A stretch of 44,824 nucleotides of DNA, from NCBI GenBank assembly GCA_017616055.1, contig JAFZYX010000120.1, forward strand, positions 1-44,824. The letters run 5' to 3'. The notes below the pieces were generated by a model. It did not search any database. It was not told the origin of the DNA and saw nothing but the letters and a program-made list of their open reading frames with translations. The translations under genes and the position numbers were made by a program. This document shows, one piece after another, positions 1 to 8,015 of this stretch. The DNA comes from Ruminococcus sp. Its GTDB lineage: Bacteria > Bacillota > Clostridia > Oscillospirales > Ruminococcaceae. Each line of letters starts with the position of its first letter. Within the stretch, counting starts at the first letter, position 1.

Positions 1-182
1 AGCTTCAGCCATATGAGCATAGTTTGACCAATGAAATGATGAAAATTTTTAAAAATGGAGAGATTAGTTAAGAAACTACTATTTTTAGTGGCGGAAAAAG
101 TATGCGTATTATGCAATGATATAACCAATATAAGCCAGTATATCAACTATAACAGCATATTTATCAATTTAGTTGTTTTTGG

Positions 183-211
183 TTGACATTTTTGGTGAAA
201 AATGTTATAAT
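183..211 (+). promoter_or_regulatory. sigma-A promoter for the EAL gene
   Basis: TTGACA (183-188), 17 bp spacer, TG-n-TATAAT (206-211): perfect consensus with extended -10. Confidence 0.85.
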
Positions 212-270
212 ATAAATGTGCTATAACAATTGAGAGTATGTTCAACCTTTTTTCACAGGGGGGTGAAAAT

Positions 271-2181
271 ATGTTTGTGAATACTGACTTATATCTCGGC
301 ACATATATGCCTGTAGGCGATATTATAGTGTTATCCTTATGCATTATTATGGGGATATTGATTAAACAGACTTTCGTTGGAAAATATAAGAACGGATTTT
401 TCATTATAATGCATATACTTTTTTTTGCATTTGTTTCTTCATCTGCTAATATTATTTTCCAGACTCAGCTCCAAAAGCAGACACTGAATCTTCCACTCAT
501 ATACATAATCAGGCTTGTCCATCATGTCCTGTTCATGTTTATAATGATATTTTATATCAGGTATTTACAGGGATCGTTATGGATTACCTCAAAGGATAAG
601 AAAAAGACTCGTTTTTTAATTATTGTATCTATTAGTGCTTTAGTACTGTTAGACGTTATTGCATCATATTTTAGATTTGGTTTCTATATTGATAATAATG
701 GTACTTTTATTGAGGGACTTGACTTATTTGAGGTAATGTACCTTGTATTTATGATAAACATTATTTATCTGTTGATAAAATACAGGAAAAGACTGCTTAT
801 GAAAGTTTTTACAGGAATTGTCAGTGTTCTTGTGATTTCCAATTTGCTGATTGTGATTCAGTCGTACTATAATCAGATATCCTATACCTCAATATGCTGT
901 TTCCTTCCTATTATCAGCATTATTTTCTTATTTCATTCAAATCCTTTCGATGTTGATACGGGAGCAATATCGGGAGAATATTTTACGAATGAGGTAAAGG
1001 AAAACCTTGCAAAGGGAAATAAACTTGTCATTATGACCTGTCATATGCCTGGCTTTTCCTCAAAGATAACGAAATCTCCTGAACTGAGAACAGAATTTTA
1101 CGATTTCTGTCGCAATAATGTTAAAAAGGCGATACTATACAGTTTCCCTAACGACAGCTTCGCAATGACGATAGTTAAGCAAAAAAACAATGAAGCAGAC
1201 AAAACAGTCATTAAAATGCTTGAAGATTTCAAGAAGAGCTACACAAAATTCAATATTGACTATAAAATAATCATTATGGAATCATCCGACAGCGTTATCA
1301 ATGTCAACGATTATCATAATATCATTGATTACACTGATATGAAAATGCAATTCAATTCCATAGAGCGTGTCACTTCTGATGATATAAAGGATTACTACGA
1401 CAAGCACTATATTCTCGGTGAGCTTGAGGATATCGCGTCTAAAAAAGATTTGTTCGACCGTCGTGTTCTCGTTTACTGTCAGCCTGTTTATAATCTAAAC
1501 ACAGGACAGTACGATACAGCGGAGGCACTCATGAGACTGAAGCTGGATAAAACGGGAATGGTATTCCCAGATCAGTTCATACCTCTGGCGGAGCAGTACA
1601 ACCTCATACATAATCTGAGTATGATAATTCTTAATAAAACATGTTTCGCGTTGCGTGGCTTACTTGACGAGGGGTATATTGTAAAGCGTATTTCCGTTAA
1701 CTTTTCGGCTATTGACTTAAGATACGATTCATTTTGTGACGAGGTCAAGAGCATAATAGAGAACAATAGTATTGATTATGGAAAAATAGCTGTTGAGATA
1801 ACCGAGAGCCGAAGTGATGCGGACTTTAATCTTATGAAGCAGCGTGTTATTCAGCTTCAGGAGTTGGGAATAAAGTTTTATCTTGATGATTTCGGAACAG
1901 GTTATTCAAATTTTGAACGTATCATGGAAATTCCATTCGATATAATAAAGTTTGATCGTTCACTGTTGATTGAATCATTGAAAAATGCTTCATCACAGTA
2001 CATGGTAAAGACCTTTGCCAATATGTTTCATGACCTTAAGTATTCAATACTTTTTGAGGGTGTCGAGACAGAGCACGACGAAATACGTTGCAAGCTTATG
2101 ATGGCGCAGTATTTGCAAGGCTACAAGTACTCAAAGCCCATACCTATCGAGGAATTAAGGAAATTTCTTCTTCATGCATAA
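271..2181 (+). CDS. Membrane-anchored EAL-domain c-di-GMP phosphodiesterase
   Basis: About 7 hydrophobic N-terminal segments; QPVY, AEALMR, P.QFIPLAE, EITE, DDFGTGYS, IKFDRS, EGVET and LQGY motifs; RBS GGGGGTG before ATG 271 (ORF track starts at 238). Confidence 0.9.
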   Translation: MFVNTDLYLGTYMPVGDIIVLSLCIIMGILIKQTFVGKYKNGFFIIMHILFFAFVSSSANIIFQTQLQKQTLNLPLIYIIRLVHHVLFMFIMIFYIRYLQGSLWITSKDKKKTRFLIIVSISALVLLDVIASYFRFGFYIDNNGTFIEGLDLFEVMYLVFMINIIYLLIKYRKRLLMKVFTGIVSVLVISNLLIVIQSYYNQISYTSICCFLPIISIIFLFHSNPFDVDTGAISGEYFTNEVKENLAKGNKLVIMTCHMPGFSSKITKSPELRTEFYDFCRNNVKKAILYSFPNDSFAMTIVKQKNNEADKTVIKMLEDFKKSYTKFNIDYKIIIMESSDSVINVNDYHNIIDYTDMKMQFNSIERVTSDDIKDYYDKHYILGELEDIASKKDLFDRRVLVYCQPVYNLNTGQYDTAEALMRLKLDKTGMVFPDQFIPLAEQYNLIHNLSMIILNKTCFALRGLLDEGYIVKRISVNFSAIDLRYDSFCDEVKSIIENNSIDYGKIAVEITESRSDADFNLMKQRVIQLQELGIKFYLDDFGTGYSNFERIMEIPFDIIKFDRSLLIESLKNASSQYMVKTFANMFHDLKYSILFEGVETEHDEIRCKLMMAQYLQGYKYSKPIPIEELRKFLLHA

Positions 2182-2185
2182 TTTT

Positions 2186-2223
2186 CAAAGAGAGCGATAA
2201 GCAATGTCTTATCGCTCTCTTTG
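2186..2223 (+). terminator. Rho-independent terminator
   Basis: 16-bp perfect stem caaagagagcgataag/cttatcgctctctttg followed by a T-rich tract. Confidence 0.85.
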
Positions 2224-2264
2224 TATTCTTTTTGTGTCTTTTATGGTTAAAAGCGGAAAAAATA

Positions 2265-2293
2265 TTGACCTTATTGTCGAAATATGTTATGAT
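2265..2293 (+). promoter_or_regulatory. sigma-A promoter for the ABC exporter operon
   Basis: TTGACC, 17 bp, TG-n-TATGAT. Confidence 0.7.
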
Positions 2294-2336
2294 TATAAAT
2301 ATAAAAATAACGTCTCTCGGAGGAGGAGATAACAAA

Positions 2337-3791
2337 ATGAGCAAAGGTAAGAAAATAGTAAAACGTATCGTGATACTGCTTATTATACTCTTAATAATCT
2401 GCGGTATAGTATTGTTTGTGAGAAGCGCAATTCGCGGAGCTACACAGAGTATTATTACCCGCTCTGATACCTGCGGTTTCGTAAAGCGTCAGGATCTTAC
2501 GAGTTATTCAAGCTTTTCTGGACAGATTTCCAGCAGCGACAAGCTTATGGTAACAGCAACTGATCCTACGCTTAAGGTAAGCAAGCTTAACGTAAAGGTG
2601 GGTGACAGTGTCAAGGCTGGTGACATACTCTGCGAATTTGACAGCAAGAAGCTTAAGGAAAAATACGATAAAATGGTGAAGAACAGTGAAAAGGTGCAGG
2701 GAGCTTCACAACACAGTCATGACCTTATCGTAAGAAACTATGATAAGGCAAAGTCCGAGCGGGAGACGATGATATCAAAGGCACAGTCAGCATATAATAC
2801 AGCTGTTTCAAAGCGTGACAGCGCCTATGAGGAATTCAACAGAATGATAGATGAATACAACGATCTTTACGGCAGACAGATTGATGCATATAACGCATGG
2901 GCAAATACCGAGGACGGCGCTCATGACAAGGAATATAAAAGACAGGTGTTAGACGACCTTTCCAAGGAGTGTGCCCTTGCCGAAAAGAATCTTAATGCTT
3001 TGGAGAGCAGCCTTCCAGATCTTGATTCTGCTGTCAGCGCTGCAAACGAAGCTTATAGTGCGGCAGTTGAAAAGGGCGACGAATTATTGCAGTCGGCTCA
3101 GGATGCTCTCGACGATGAGAAGTACTCTTTGGATGACGACTCCGATGACAGCCAGCTGGAGGAGCTTCGAGAGAAGATAGAGAAGTGTACAGTGATTGCT
3201 GAAAGAGACGGAGTCGTTACAGAACTCAATATTTCCGAGGGAAGCGTTCCAGAGTCTGGCAATATCATGACTATCGAGAATACTACTGATCTTATCGTTT
3301 CAGGTAAAGTCAGCGAGGCTGATATCCTCAAAGTAAACGAGGGCATGGAAGCTGAAATTAAAACAAGCGCTACTGAAGACAGGATAATCAAGGGTAGGGT
3401 AAAGCGTATTGAGAAAATAATCTCCTCTGGTCAGGCTAAGTATGATACTGGCGGATATACTGTGGAAGTAAGCGTAGAAGAAAAGGACAGCGGACTCCTC
3501 ATAGGAATGTCGGCGAGCGTGAAGATTATACTTGACAGGCGAGATAACGTGTTAAGTGTTCCATATAACGCTATCCGTGGAGGAGAGAACGAAGGTTATT
3601 TCATCTATGTGGCAATTCCTCAGGAGAATGACATGTATTCTATTTCAAAGCGAAAGGTATCAAAGGGCTTTGAGGGAGATTTCTATACAGAGATCATATC
3701 CGGGGATATTGACGATGGAGATATTGTTCTTACTGATCCTATGGGCGTATCAGAGGGCGACCTTATTCCGCTCAGTGTTCCTGAGGAGTAA
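2337..3791 (+). CDS. Efflux adaptor / membrane fusion protein (MacA/YknX/HlyD-like)
   Basis: RBS GGAGGAGG before ATG 2337; single N-terminal TM; lipoyl half-motifs (VKVGDSVKAGDIL, IAERDGVVTELNI); long coiled coil; adjacent ABC ATPase and permease. Confidence 0.88.
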   Translation: MSKGKKIVKRIVILLIILLIICGIVLFVRSAIRGATQSIITRSDTCGFVKRQDLTSYSSFSGQISSSDKLMVTATDPTLKVSKLNVKVGDSVKAGDILCEFDSKKLKEKYDKMVKNSEKVQGASQHSHDLIVRNYDKAKSERETMISKAQSAYNTAVSKRDSAYEEFNRMIDEYNDLYGRQIDAYNAWANTEDGAHDKEYKRQVLDDLSKECALAEKNLNALESSLPDLDSAVSAANEAYSAAVEKGDELLQSAQDALDDEKYSLDDDSDDSQLEELREKIEKCTVIAERDGVVTELNISEGSVPESGNIMTIENTTDLIVSGKVSEADILKVNEGMEAEIKTSATEDRIIKGRVKRIEKIISSGQAKYDTGGYTVEVSVEEKDSGLLIGMSASVKIILDRRDNVLSVPYNAIRGGENEGYFIYVAIPQENDMYSISKRKVSKGFEGDFYTEIISGDIDDGDIVLTDPMGVSEGDLIPLSVPEE

Positions 3792-4510
3792 TGCCGATGA
3801 AAACAATCATCTCTATGCATGGGATAATAAAGAAGTTCTACATCGGAATGCCCAACGAGCTTGAGATACTCCATGGACTCAACTTCAAAATACACGATGG
3901 AGAGTTTGCGTCCATAGTAGGTCCTTCAGGTTCAGGAAAAAGTACTCTTATGAACATTATCGGAGCTCTTGACCGTCCTACTGAGGGAATATATATGCTT
4001 AACGGCATAGATGTAGCACAGCTCAACGATTCCGAACTCAGTGCTATCAGAAATAAGGAGATAGGCTTCGTTTTTCAGAACTTCAATCTTGTTTCGCGTA
4101 CAAACGCCATAGAAAATGTGGAGCTTCCCATGTTATATGCGGGAATAGGTAAGAGAGAGCGTAGAAAGCGCGCGGAAAAGCTGTTGGATATGGTGGAAAT
4201 GAGTGACAGAGCTACTCATAATCCTAATGAGCTTTCTGGTGGTCAGAAGCAGAGAATAGCTATAGCGAGAGCCCTAGCAAATTCACCTTCCATAATACTA
4301 GCGGACGAGCCTACTGGTGCCCTTGATTCCGTAACGGGACATATGGTAATGGATATTTTCCATAAGCTTCATAAGGAGGAGCATAAGACGATAGTCCTTA
4401 TCACTCATAGCAAGGAGCTTGCTTCTGAAACTGACAGGATAATTACGTTGAAAGACGGAAGAATCGTATCAGATACAAGAAAGGCGGGTGACCAAAGTGT
4501 TCTTCTTTGA
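3791..4510 (+). CDS. ABC transporter ATP-binding protein (MacB/LolD family)
   Basis: Walker A GPSGSGKST, IGFVFQNFNL, LSGGQKQR, ILADEPTGALD, H-loop ITH. Confidence 0.95.
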   Translation: MPMKTIISMHGIIKKFYIGMPNELEILHGLNFKIHDGEFASIVGPSGSGKSTLMNIIGALDRPTEGIYMLNGIDVAQLNDSELSAIRNKEIGFVFQNFNLVSRTNAIENVELPMLYAGIGKRERRKRAEKLLDMVEMSDRATHNPNELSGGQKQRIAIARALANSPSIILADEPTGALDSVTGHMVMDIFHKLHKEEHKTIVLITHSKELASETDRIITLKDGRIVSDTRKAGDQSVLL

Positions 4511-5834
4511 AAATATTCGCCTTGCCATAGCTTCTCTCAAGTCAAATAAAATGAGAGCCATTCTTACCATGCTTGGTATAATCATAGGTATAAGCGCAGT
4601 AATAACTATTACAACTCTCGGAAATTCATTGAAAAAAACTCTTTCCAATTCTTTCAATAAGCTTGGTGGACAGACTTTTGACGTGGAGTATCGCTTTAAG
4701 TATGATGAAAATCAGGATGAAGACGGTGTGACCATGTACAGACCAATGACGGAAGACGATTACATAAGTGATGATATGCTCAATGAGCTTGAGTCGCTGT
4801 ATCCAGGCAGATACCTTGTGAGTCGCTCTACCGATCTTGGTAACGGAAATGTCAAGAACAAGAAAGGTGACAAGCTCAAAGTTACTATAAATGGCGTAAC
4901 AGAGGGATATATGAAAGCAGATACCCTTAGTAAGATACTTAGGGGAAGAACTATAAGTGATGACGACAACAACGGAAAAAAACACGCAATAGTGGTTTCT
5001 GATGTTTTTGTAAAGCAGTATTTTGGTTATGATGACGCAAATGCTGTGGGAAGTGACATAAGTGTCGACATTAAGGGTGTATGCGATACCGATTTTACTA
5101 TCGTTGGAGTTTACAAATATCCAAAGATATATGAAAAGTATCAGCAGTCAACATCAAATTTTATGGACAGAGAAACGCCCGTGATGATCCCCTTCAGCAC
5201 CGCTAAAAAGATATCACACTCGCTCATTGATAATGGACGCGACTGGTATATGACATTTGTTTTGAATGATATGTCGGTAGACAGAGAGCAGGCGATAAGT
5301 GACGTCACAAAATTCTTCAAGGAAAAGTACAAGAATAACAAGTACTGGGGAATAGAGATTTATGATCCCCAGAATGAGCTTGGTATAGTAAACAAGGTTC
5401 TGAATATCGTTACGCTGGTAATATCTATTATCGCTGCTATATCGCTTCTTGTAGGCGGTATCGGAGTTATGAATATCATGTTGGTTAGTATTACCGAAAG
5501 AACTCGTGAAATAGGTGTAAGAAAGGCACTCGGCGCTAAAAAGCGCCATATAAAGACTCAGTTCATAGTTGAAGCTATTATTCTATGCCTCATAGGCGGA
5601 ATAATAGGTGTGCTTTTAGGAATATTCAATGGTTACCTTATAGGCTATGTTGCAAAATACGCTTTGGGGCAGATGCCAGAGTATCAGGACTTTGTTGCTC
5701 TTTCTGTGCAGCCATCGATAAACGCGATACTGTTGTCACTGGGATTTTCAATGCTTATCGGAGTATTCTTCGGAAGCTACCCTGCAGGAAAAGCTGCAAA
5801 GCTCGATCCTATTGAGGCACTAAGATACGAATAA
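4488..5834 (+). CDS. ABC transporter permease (MacB/FtsX family)
   Basis: LTMLGIIIG, GGIGVMNIMLVSITERTREIGVRKALGA and terminal PIEALRYE; GTG start. Confidence 0.95.
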   Translation: MTKVFFFENIRLAIASLKSNKMRAILTMLGIIIGISAVITITTLGNSLKKTLSNSFNKLGGQTFDVEYRFKYDENQDEDGVTMYRPMTEDDYISDDMLNELESLYPGRYLVSRSTDLGNGNVKNKKGDKLKVTINGVTEGYMKADTLSKILRGRTISDDDNNGKKHAIVVSDVFVKQYFGYDDANAVGSDISVDIKGVCDTDFTIVGVYKYPKIYEKYQQSTSNFMDRETPVMIPFSTAKKISHSLIDNGRDWYMTFVLNDMSVDREQAISDVTKFFKEKYKNNKYWGIEIYDPQNELGIVNKVLNIVTLVISIIAAISLLVGGIGVMNIMLVSITERTREIGVRKALGAKKRHIKTQFIVEAIILCLIGGIIGVLLGIFNGYLIGYVAKYALGQMPEYQDFVALSVQPSINAILLSLGFSMLIGVFFGSYPAGKAAKLDPIEALRYE

Positions 5835-5843
5835 TATATACAT

Positions 5844-5883
5844 AAAAGAAGCCGATGTCCAAATTGTGACACCGGCTTTTTTC
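5844..5883. terminator. Probable bidirectional terminator between convergent genes
   Basis: aagccgatgtc/gacaccggctt stem flanked by an A-run and a T-run. Confidence 0.7.
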
Positions 5884-6940
5884 ATTTCTTAATGCGAACA
5901 AAATAGGATTCATTGTCCTCATGATGGATATATCCATTGTTTTTCAGCATAGCCTTGAGAGAGGCGGGATTGTTCTTATTGACTCTCAAGTATATCTCTT
6001 CCTCGGGAACTACATTACGTGCGATATCTATAATAAGTTTGAGGCCTTCTGTGCCGAAACCCTTTCCGCGGTATTCAGGAGAAATATAAAACCCGATATG
6101 ACCTGCACCATTTATGAGTGATTCACAGAGATATTGTCGAAGATCGAGTTTTCCGACAATAGTATCGTTGTTCCATAGAAAATAAGATGTCATAGGGACA
6201 TATCCCTCAGGAAGCTTTTCTCCTCTTGAGTTTGCTATGATAGTATCGAGTGCATTGTCAAAGTCTTTTCGGCTGATGCCGTAATATTCATTAATATACC
6301 CATTTTCGTCAACTGGAATATCACGAACGAAAAGGAATTCCTTTTCGATGTCATTAGTGTTTGCTGGTTTGAGGTAAAGCAGGGTACCTTTTGATATTTT
6401 TTTTATTTGGTTACAAAATGCGATTATTTCAGCTCTATGTCTGTTTACATCTTCTTTATACTCTACGGAGCAAAGTCCAAGATGACCGCAGCATTCTATC
6501 TCCATATGGCCGTAGAAGTGCTCGATAGTTCCGATTATTTTTTCACATTCCTTCATATTCGGACCGGTACGCAGGGCTACGGAATAGCCTTTTTTACCGC
6601 TTTTTAATCTTGCGTGAGGTTCATGTGTATTGCACCATGGCGTACATCTGTCGATAAACGCTTTGAACTGTGCAGGAACATCCGCCCAGTAGGATGGGGC
6701 GACGCATACTATGATATCAGTGTTTTCAAATTCCGCGATGATATTGCCGAAGTCATCATTCTGCACACATTCAGCAGCCTTGTGGCAGCTTCTGCAACCA
6801 TTGCAGAAGCCGAAGGAATAGTCACTTATACATACAGCCTTTGCCTGAAAGGTGGCATTAAGCTCATGATAAATAATACTGACAATCTCTGCGGTAGCTC
6901 CATTTCTTACAGGGCAGCAATTGATAACAAGTGCATTCAT
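5882..6940 (-). CDS. Fusion of an iron-sulfur flavoprotein (flavodoxin-like FMN reductase family) and a GNAT acetyltransferase
   Basis: N-half: CNGCRSC-x5-C cluster motif and APSYWADVPAQFKAFIDR; C-half: GHIGFYISPEYRGKGFG and N-x-AS; RBS GGAGG before ATG 6940. Confidence 0.85.
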   Translation of the reverse strand: MNALVINCCPVRNGATAEIVSIIYHELNATFQAKAVCISDYSFGFCNGCRSCHKAAECVQNDDFGNIIAEFENTDIIVCVAPSYWADVPAQFKAFIDRCTPWCNTHEPHARLKSGKKGYSVALRTGPNMKECEKIIGTIEHFYGHMEIECCGHLGLCSVEYKEDVNRHRAEIIAFCNQIKKISKGTLLYLKPANTNDIEKEFLFVRDIPVDENGYINEYYGISRKDFDNALDTIIANSRGEKLPEGYVPMTSYFLWNNDTIVGKLDLRQYLCESLINGAGHIGFYISPEYRGKGFGTEGLKLIIDIARNVVPEEEIYLRVNKNNPASLKAMLKNNGYIHHEDNESYFVRIKK

Positions 6941-6971
6941 AATGATTCCTCCATAAGTATTAATAAGTGTT

Positions 6972-7000
6972 ATTTTATCACAAAAATCAGATAGTGTCAA
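6972..7000 (-). promoter_or_regulatory. sigma-A promoter for the flavoprotein-GNAT gene
   Basis: Minus strand TTGACA, 17 bp, TG-n-TAAAAT. Confidence 0.8.
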
Positions 7001-7001
7001 G

Positions 7002-7038
7002 AAAAAGACACTTCCGAACTTTTTCTCGGAAGTGTCTT
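7002..7038 (-). terminator. Rho-independent terminator after the M23 gene
   Basis: 13-bp perfect stem aagacacttccga/tcggaagtgtctt, with U-tract on the minus strand. Confidence 0.8.
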
Positions 7039-7043
7039 GCTGA

Positions 7044-7829
7044 TTATTGCATATTAATAATACTTATAGGATCAATGAATTGTCCATTTTGGGTGAGCTC
7101 AATATGCAGGTGGGGAGCGATATTGCTTTCGATGTCCGCAGTTTCACCAACGCAACCGATTAAGCTGCCGCGTTCTACCTTATCACCTTGTTGGACAGCA
7201 AGATCAGCTCCGAGACCGCAGTATTTAGAGATATAACCGTTATTATGATCTACTGTTACTGAAACACCCCAAAGCGGATCGTTGATGACGTTTTTTACTT
7301 CACCGTCTGCAATAACGTAAATCTCCGTCCCAACTTCCGCAGCGATATCAGTGCCGTTGTGGGTCTGCCATGTGCCTGTGGTAGCATTTTTCACAAGCTC
7401 ACCGTTGCTGAAATCAACGAGAACGGAACTCATATCAGCTAGTGGTGCTACAGCTCCCGAAAGGTCTGCAGCTACGGTTTGTACCTGTTCTTCAAAGCTG
7501 TTTTCGCTAAAGGGAGCGTTAACGGTTATTTCTGCAGCAGGCATGGTATGAGATGGTATTTCTGTTATCCTTGGAGCAGTAATTGCAGTTGTTGCGGTAT
7601 ATGCATGAGAAGCGGTAGTTTTGGGTATGTTTGTAACGTGCCTGTCAACGGGAGCTTCATGCACAATATTGTTTTTTTCAGTAGAAGGCTTTACCTGAGA
7701 TATTCTGTCACCCTGCTTATGAGCGAAAAGGCACGCAGCTCCTATCATAACGGCACTTATTACTAGCGCGGCATAGAAGCCTTTGGAGCCTTTTCCGTAG
7801 TACTTGTCGGTCAGTTCGTTTTTCTTCAC
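7044..7829 (-). CDS. Membrane-anchored M23/LytM peptidase, SpoIIQ-like
   Basis: N-terminal TM (GFYAALVISAVMIG), T/A-rich linker, HNGTD (HxxxD) and HLH motifs; RBS GGAGGT before GTG 7829. Confidence 0.8.
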   Translation of the reverse strand: MKKNELTDKYYGKGSKGFYAALVISAVMIGAACLFAHKQGDRISQVKPSTEKNNIVHEAPVDRHVTNIPKTTASHAYTATTAITAPRITEIPSHTMPAAEITVNAPFSENSFEEQVQTVAADLSGAVAPLADMSSVLVDFSNGELVKNATTGTWQTHNGTDIAAEVGTEIYVIADGEVKNVINDPLWGVSVTVDHNNGYISKYCGLGADLAVQQGDKVERGSLIGCVGETADIESNIAPHLHIELTQNGQFIDPISIINMQ

Positions 7830-7982
7830 ACTAACACCTCCGACCATATTATTGACAAATTAGCGTATTTTATACGCATTATTCGTATTAATCATTACAG
7901 TATTAAGCTAGTTATTCGTTTCTTAGATTACTAAAACAACGGATAATATGAATATACAGTAAAAAGAACTTATTACTTATAC

Positions 7983-8010
7983 AAAAAGGGTGTGAACAAG
8001 TCACACCCTT
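7983..8010 (-). terminator. Rho-independent terminator after pbp2
   Basis: 10-bp stem aagggtgtga/tcacaccctt with U-tract on the minus strand. Confidence 0.8.
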
Positions 8011-8015
8011 ATCTA

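Noticed and set aside
1-71. Possible 3' end of an upstream gene (frame 3, LQPYEHSLTNEMMKIFKNGEIS*)
   Set aside because: Only 22 codons and no motif; cannot be supported
2088-2336. N-terminal extension of the adaptor ORF in the track (similar extensions at 6941-7000, 22290-22400, 23968-24081 and 36715-36819)
   Set aside because: These run through terminators, promoters or intergenic DNA, and better RBS-associated starts lie downstream
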